A stretch of DNA of 64,000 nucleotides from a virus: the IMG/VR virus record IMGVR_UViG_3300028840_006156. One strand, given 5' to 3'. Below, one piece after another: positions 60,666-64,000 of this stretch. A program made the translations under genes and the position numbers. Below the pieces are notes generated by a model. That model saw nothing but the letters and a program-made list of their open reading frames with translations. It was not told the DNA's origin and did not search any database. Within the stretch, counting starts at the first letter, position 1, and each line of letters begins with the position of its first letter.

Positions 60666-62567
60666 GTGGCCGAGCAGTCCCCGACCCTCGATGACCTCCT
60701 GCGCGAGATCCAGCTGACGACGCCGGACGAGTACTGGCGGAAGTTCTTCGAGGATCCCGAAGGCGGGATCGCCACCTACCGCGGCGCCGCGCGGGCGCTG
60801 CTCGAGTACGCCAAGGTCGCAGGGCGAAGTGCGTCGCGGCAGTTCTTCTTGCGGCCGCCGGGATTCGAGCCGGCCGGGCCGGGAGTCCGGGCGTCGCAGC
60901 TCGTGACCTTCGGCAGGGCTTCCGGCGAGGACTCTGGCCTGTTCCTCGAAGCCGGAACCGTCTTCACCGAGGGGCCTCGCCAGCGCTTCTACAAGACCGT
61001 CGAGGACATCCAGTGGGTGCCCTTCGATCCCAACCCGACGCGCACGGTCGAGCTGCAGTCCACCGTGATCGGCGAGCCAGGCAACCTGGACTACCTTGCC
61101 GACGACGACGGCAACCTGACGCTGCCCGAAGATCCGACGCTGCCCGGGATCGACGTGGTCGACCTGCAAGATCGGTCGCAAGGCCGTAGCGACATCAAAG
61201 CCGTGCTGACCCTCGGGCCCGCGACGCTCACCGACAACGGCCTCGCTCCGACCTTCTCGCCGAGCGACCCCGGCCTCTACCTGCGGATCAACCAGGCTGG
61301 CGACGCCGCGAACATCGGCCGCGTCCTGCGGATCATCGGGTACGGCGTGAGCACGGTCGAGGATCCGCCTGGGTCCGGCCGGTTTACGCGCTTCGTGATC
61401 CTCGACGACGGTCCGCAGCCGAACCTGGTCGAGTCCGCCCAGGCCGATGACGGCGGCGTCTTCACCGACTACACCGCGACGGCTCGCGCCGCTTCGCCTT
61501 CGGGGATCGCCTTGCTTCCGGTCGCCCCGGTGGTCAACGACGCGTTCTACTTCGGCGGACCGGAGCCGTTCTCGCAGATCGACATCGACGTCCAGCAAAA
61601 GCGGGTGGGTGACCTGGACCTGACCTGGGAGTACTGGGACGGGGTCGCGTGGGTGGCCTTCTTGGCGGTCGAGCTCGTCGACGGGACCGAGGCCTTCTCG
61701 ATCGAAGGCGTGCGTCCGGTGACGATCACGCCGCCCGCGGGCTGGGCATCGACCACAGTCAACGGGGTCCCGGCGTTCTACGTCCGCGCGCGCGTCTCCG
61801 CCTTCGTCTCGCAGTCGCAGCAGCCCCTCGCCGGCCGTCTGCTGATCTACTACGGGGATCCGCTGCAGCCCGACCCGCTGGACCCAAACGGCGACGGCCA
61901 GATCAGCTGGACGATCCTCGACGCCAAAGACCTCGGGGTCGTGATCGAGTCGATGACCGCACCGGCTGGAGGCCGCGACGACGACCTCGGCCTGAAGCTG
62001 CGCGAGCGCGGGATCCAGCGGATGCCCGGAGAGTCCGAGGACCAGCTGCGCCGGCGCGCGTCGAGGTTCGACGACGTGGTCTCGCCCGAGCTGCTCGAGC
62101 GTAAGATCCTGCGGATCCTCGAGCCCTACGGCCTGACCGCCGAGATCTGCGACGTCGGCTACGACGGGCCTGGCGCGCCGAACTTCTCCGGCCTGTTCTG
62201 GGACGTCGACCCACAGTTCGCGCCTGGTGTTGTCGGGGCGTGGGACCTCTACGGGCCTGGCGACGCGTTCCCGGTCAATGACAGCTTCCTTCCGTTGTCG
62301 ATCAACGAGGCTCGGTGGCACTTCTTCGTGTGCGTCCCGCCGCCAACCCTCGGCGAGTTCGGGGCCGCATGGGACGATGGGCCGCCGGCCTACTTCGAGG
62401 CGAGCTTCGGGACGTTCCTCGGCAGCGCGTGGGACTTCGCGTTCGTCGACGGCTACGCGGCGCTGTCCTCGGCGCTGTACATGGAGGTCTACGACTGCCT
62501 CAAGTCCGCCAAGGGCGGCGGGATCGGCTACACGCTGATCCAGAAGGACCTCGTGGGCTGCCCTTAG
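60666..62567 (+). CDS. second baseplate wedge protein (J/I-like) with inserted WEYWDG beta-sandwich domain
   Basis: LEAGTVF...GEPGNL and GG.D...GESEDQLRRRA; DAFYFG...LTWEYWDG.AW...DGT...FYVRAR; TACCCT-N6-GTG. Confidence 0.7.
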   Translation: MAEQSPTLDDLLREIQLTTPDEYWRKFFEDPEGGIATYRGAARALLEYAKVAGRSASRQFFLRPPGFEPAGPGVRASQLVTFGRASGEDSGLFLEAGTVFTEGPRQRFYKTVEDIQWVPFDPNPTRTVELQSTVIGEPGNLDYLADDDGNLTLPEDPTLPGIDVVDLQDRSQGRSDIKAVLTLGPATLTDNGLAPTFSPSDPGLYLRINQAGDAANIGRVLRIIGYGVSTVEDPPGSGRFTRFVILDDGPQPNLVESAQADDGGVFTDYTATARAASPSGIALLPVAPVVNDAFYFGGPEPFSQIDIDVQQKRVGDLDLTWEYWDGVAWVAFLAVELVDGTEAFSIEGVRPVTITPPAGWASTTVNGVPAFYVRARVSAFVSQSQQPLAGRLLIYYGDPLQPDPLDPNGDGQISWTILDAKDLGVVIESMTAPAGGRDDDLGLKLRERGIQRMPGESEDQLRRRASRFDDVVSPELLERKILRILEPYGLTAEICDVGYDGPGAPNFSGLFWDVDPQFAPGVVGAWDLYGPGDAFPVNDSFLPLSINEARWHFFVCVPPPTLGEFGAAWDDGPPAYFEASFGTFLGSAWDFAFVDGYAALSSALYMEVYDCLKSAKGGGIGYTLIQKDLVGCP

Positions 62568-63343
62568 AACAGCGGCAGCGTCCCGGTTGAGTTCGCGCGC
62601 GTCGGCGTCGCCGATATCCGGTCGAGCGCATCCTCGAAGGTCGCACGGTCCGCCTCCGACCCGAGCCCGTCGAGGCCGAGCTCGCGCGCGGCCATGAGCG
62701 TCGTCGCGCTCCCGGCGTAGGGGTCGACGACACGCGGCCGAGGAGGCCAACCCGGGACGCGCGAGGAGTCCTTCGGGATCGCGTAGTCTCGGACGATCTC
62801 CCGCATGATCCCGAGCGGCTTGCCGCCCGTCCTCGGCGACCGCGGATCGTTGGGGCTGCGGATGTAGGCTCCCGAAAGCGTCCCCCACCTCTGGAACTGA
62901 GCCGTTCGCGGGCGCGCGACCACGAGCCACCACGACCACGACGAAGGGCCGTCCCCCGACAGGCGGCAGCGCGACCCGACGTCGACGATCGGGATCGGCG
63001 GGAACACGAGGCGCCCCGCGTCGCTCAGGTGGTCGGACCAGACCGGCGCGAGGTTGTGGTCGGTGATCGACGCGACCCAGCCGAGCGTGCGCTCAGACCA
63101 GCTGGCGACGAACGCCTCGACGTCTGCCTCGTCAAGGAACTCGTAGCTGATCTGATCGGTGTAGCCCGGCCGATGTCGGTAGCGAGGGTCTCGGGGCTTG
63201 TCGCCGCGCGAGCGAGCTGCGCGGCCGTCGTTGCCGTAGCCGTCGTGCGTCTCCTTGCCGAAGGGCCCGTCGAAGATCAGCGCGTCGGCGGTCTCTCCGT
63301 CGAGGGTCTCCTGCCACCTTCCGTGGCGTAGCTCAATGCTCAC
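62564..63343 (-). CDS. beta-class N6/N4 DNA methyltransferase-like protein
   Basis: DALIFDGPF (DPPY variant), KPLGIM, VVDPYAGSATT. Confidence 0.85.
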   Translation of the reverse strand: MSIELRHGRWQETLDGETADALIFDGPFGKETHDGYGNDGRAARSRGDKPRDPRYRHRPGYTDQISYEFLDEADVEAFVASWSERTLGWVASITDHNLAPVWSDHLSDAGRLVFPPIPIVDVGSRCRLSGDGPSSWSWWLVVARPRTAQFQRWGTLSGAYIRSPNDPRSPRTGGKPLGIMREIVRDYAIPKDSSRVPGWPPRPRVVDPYAGSATTLMAARELGLDGLGSEADRATFEDALDRISATPTRANSTGTLPLF

Positions 63344-63885
63344 GCGACCGCTTCGAGCAAGGGGCGAGCGTGGGCGAGCTTCTTGCGCAGGGCGATCCGT
63401 GACCTCGACGTGCGGCCGTGGATCGTGTTGCGGGTCGTGCCCTGGACCTCGGCGATGTCGGCGTGGCGCTGGCCCTTCATCGCGCGGAGGGTCGCGTCGC
63501 GCCAGGTCTCCGGGAGATCGTCGATCGCCTCGCGCACGGTCGAGTCGATCAACTCGCGGGCGCGCGCGTCGTCGATACGGCCCTCGAGCTTCTCGAAGTC
63601 GGTGACCTCGGACTTGGCCCAGCGATGCTCGACGGCGACGCGACGCGACCGACGCCCAACGTCGTTGAGGTGAGCGTTGCGCATGATCGTGAAGGCCCAA
63701 GCCGACGGTGTCGCGCGCTCGGGGTCGTAACGGTCGATCGCCTTCCAGATCCGCAGCTGCGTGTCGGCGACGAGGTCCTCGGCGTCGGCGACGTTGCCGG
63801 TGAGCTTGATCGCGATGCGCCGCATCGATGGCGCGAGAGGGGCGAAGTACTTGGTGAAGATCTGCGTGGTGGTCATGTCGGTCAT
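63340..63885 (-). CDS. ECF-type sigma-70 family sigma factor
   Basis: Region 2 DAEDLVADT..RIWKAIDRYD....SAWAFTIMRN; region 4 LPETWRD...HADIAEVQGTTRNTIHGRTSR. Confidence 0.92.
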   Translation of the reverse strand: MTDMTTTQIFTKYFAPLAPSMRRIAIKLTGNVADAEDLVADTQLRIWKAIDRYDPERATPSAWAFTIMRNAHLNDVGRRSRRVAVEHRWAKSEVTDFEKLEGRIDDARARELIDSTVREAIDDLPETWRDATLRAMKGQRHADIAEVQGTTRNTIHGRTSRSRIALRKKLAHARPLLEAVA

Positions 63886-63919
63886 CCTACGGGTTTGGTG
63901 TGGTCTTGGGGAGATCTCT

Positions 63920-64000
63920 TCAGGCGGTCAGCGAGGCGATCCGCAGCTTCACGTGGCCGACGATCGAGGCGATCTTTCCGACGCGATGCACGCGCTTGGT
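63920..64000 (-). CDS. 3' end of an ORF entering from outside the window
   Basis: ...TKRVHRVGKIASIVGHVKLRIASLTA*. Confidence 0.45.
   Translation of the reverse strand, partial: TKRVHRVGKIASIVGHVKLRIASLTA

Noticed and set aside
1-64000. Window as an exactly circular genome
   Set aside because: The frame leaving position 1 does not join the open frame entering at 64000
1-64000. tRNA, rRNA, integrase or att sites
   Set aside because: None recognised; lifestyle cannot be determined from this window

Overview
High-GC (roughly 68-70% by eye) tailed dsDNA phage or prophage with a contractile (myovirus-type) tail. The host cannot be read from the sequence; a Myxococcota-like host is only an inference. 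Recognisable modules: baseplate J-like, gp25-like, spike, hub, LysM, tape measure, tail chaperone with a lambda-type GGGAAAG -1 frameshift, tube, sheath, tail terminator and neck genes (minus strand, 2.2-31.8 kb); a plus-strand replication/recombination block (SF2 helicase, initiator with internal iterons, DnaB, RecE-like exonuclease, RecT-like annealase, RuvC-like resolvase; 32-47 kb); terminase small/large, portal, gpF-like head protein and a second baseplate wedge protein (50-62.6 kb); two DNA methyltransferases, a DHH phosphoesterase and an ECF-type sigma factor. No major capsid, protease, integrase, tRNA or CRISPR array was recognised. Main observations: (1) 26 copies of a GGGAAG-N16/17-GGTA-N8-10-start promoter-like motif drive apparently leaderless accessory and replication genes, while about 20 virion genes each have a TANNNT-N6-start leaderless promoter, and the two classes often overlap back-to-back; (2) small accessory genes inserted in the tail module encode partial copies of the phage's own virion/packaging proteins (two tail-tube paralogues, one carrying the tape-measure C-terminal motif, a tail-chaperone chimera and a terminase nuclease-like mini-protein), a candidate decoy or assembly-blocking system; (3) a Csx16-family (candidate cOA ring nuclease) gene with no CRISPR locus nearby. 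Homology calls come from motif recognition by eye, not database searches.
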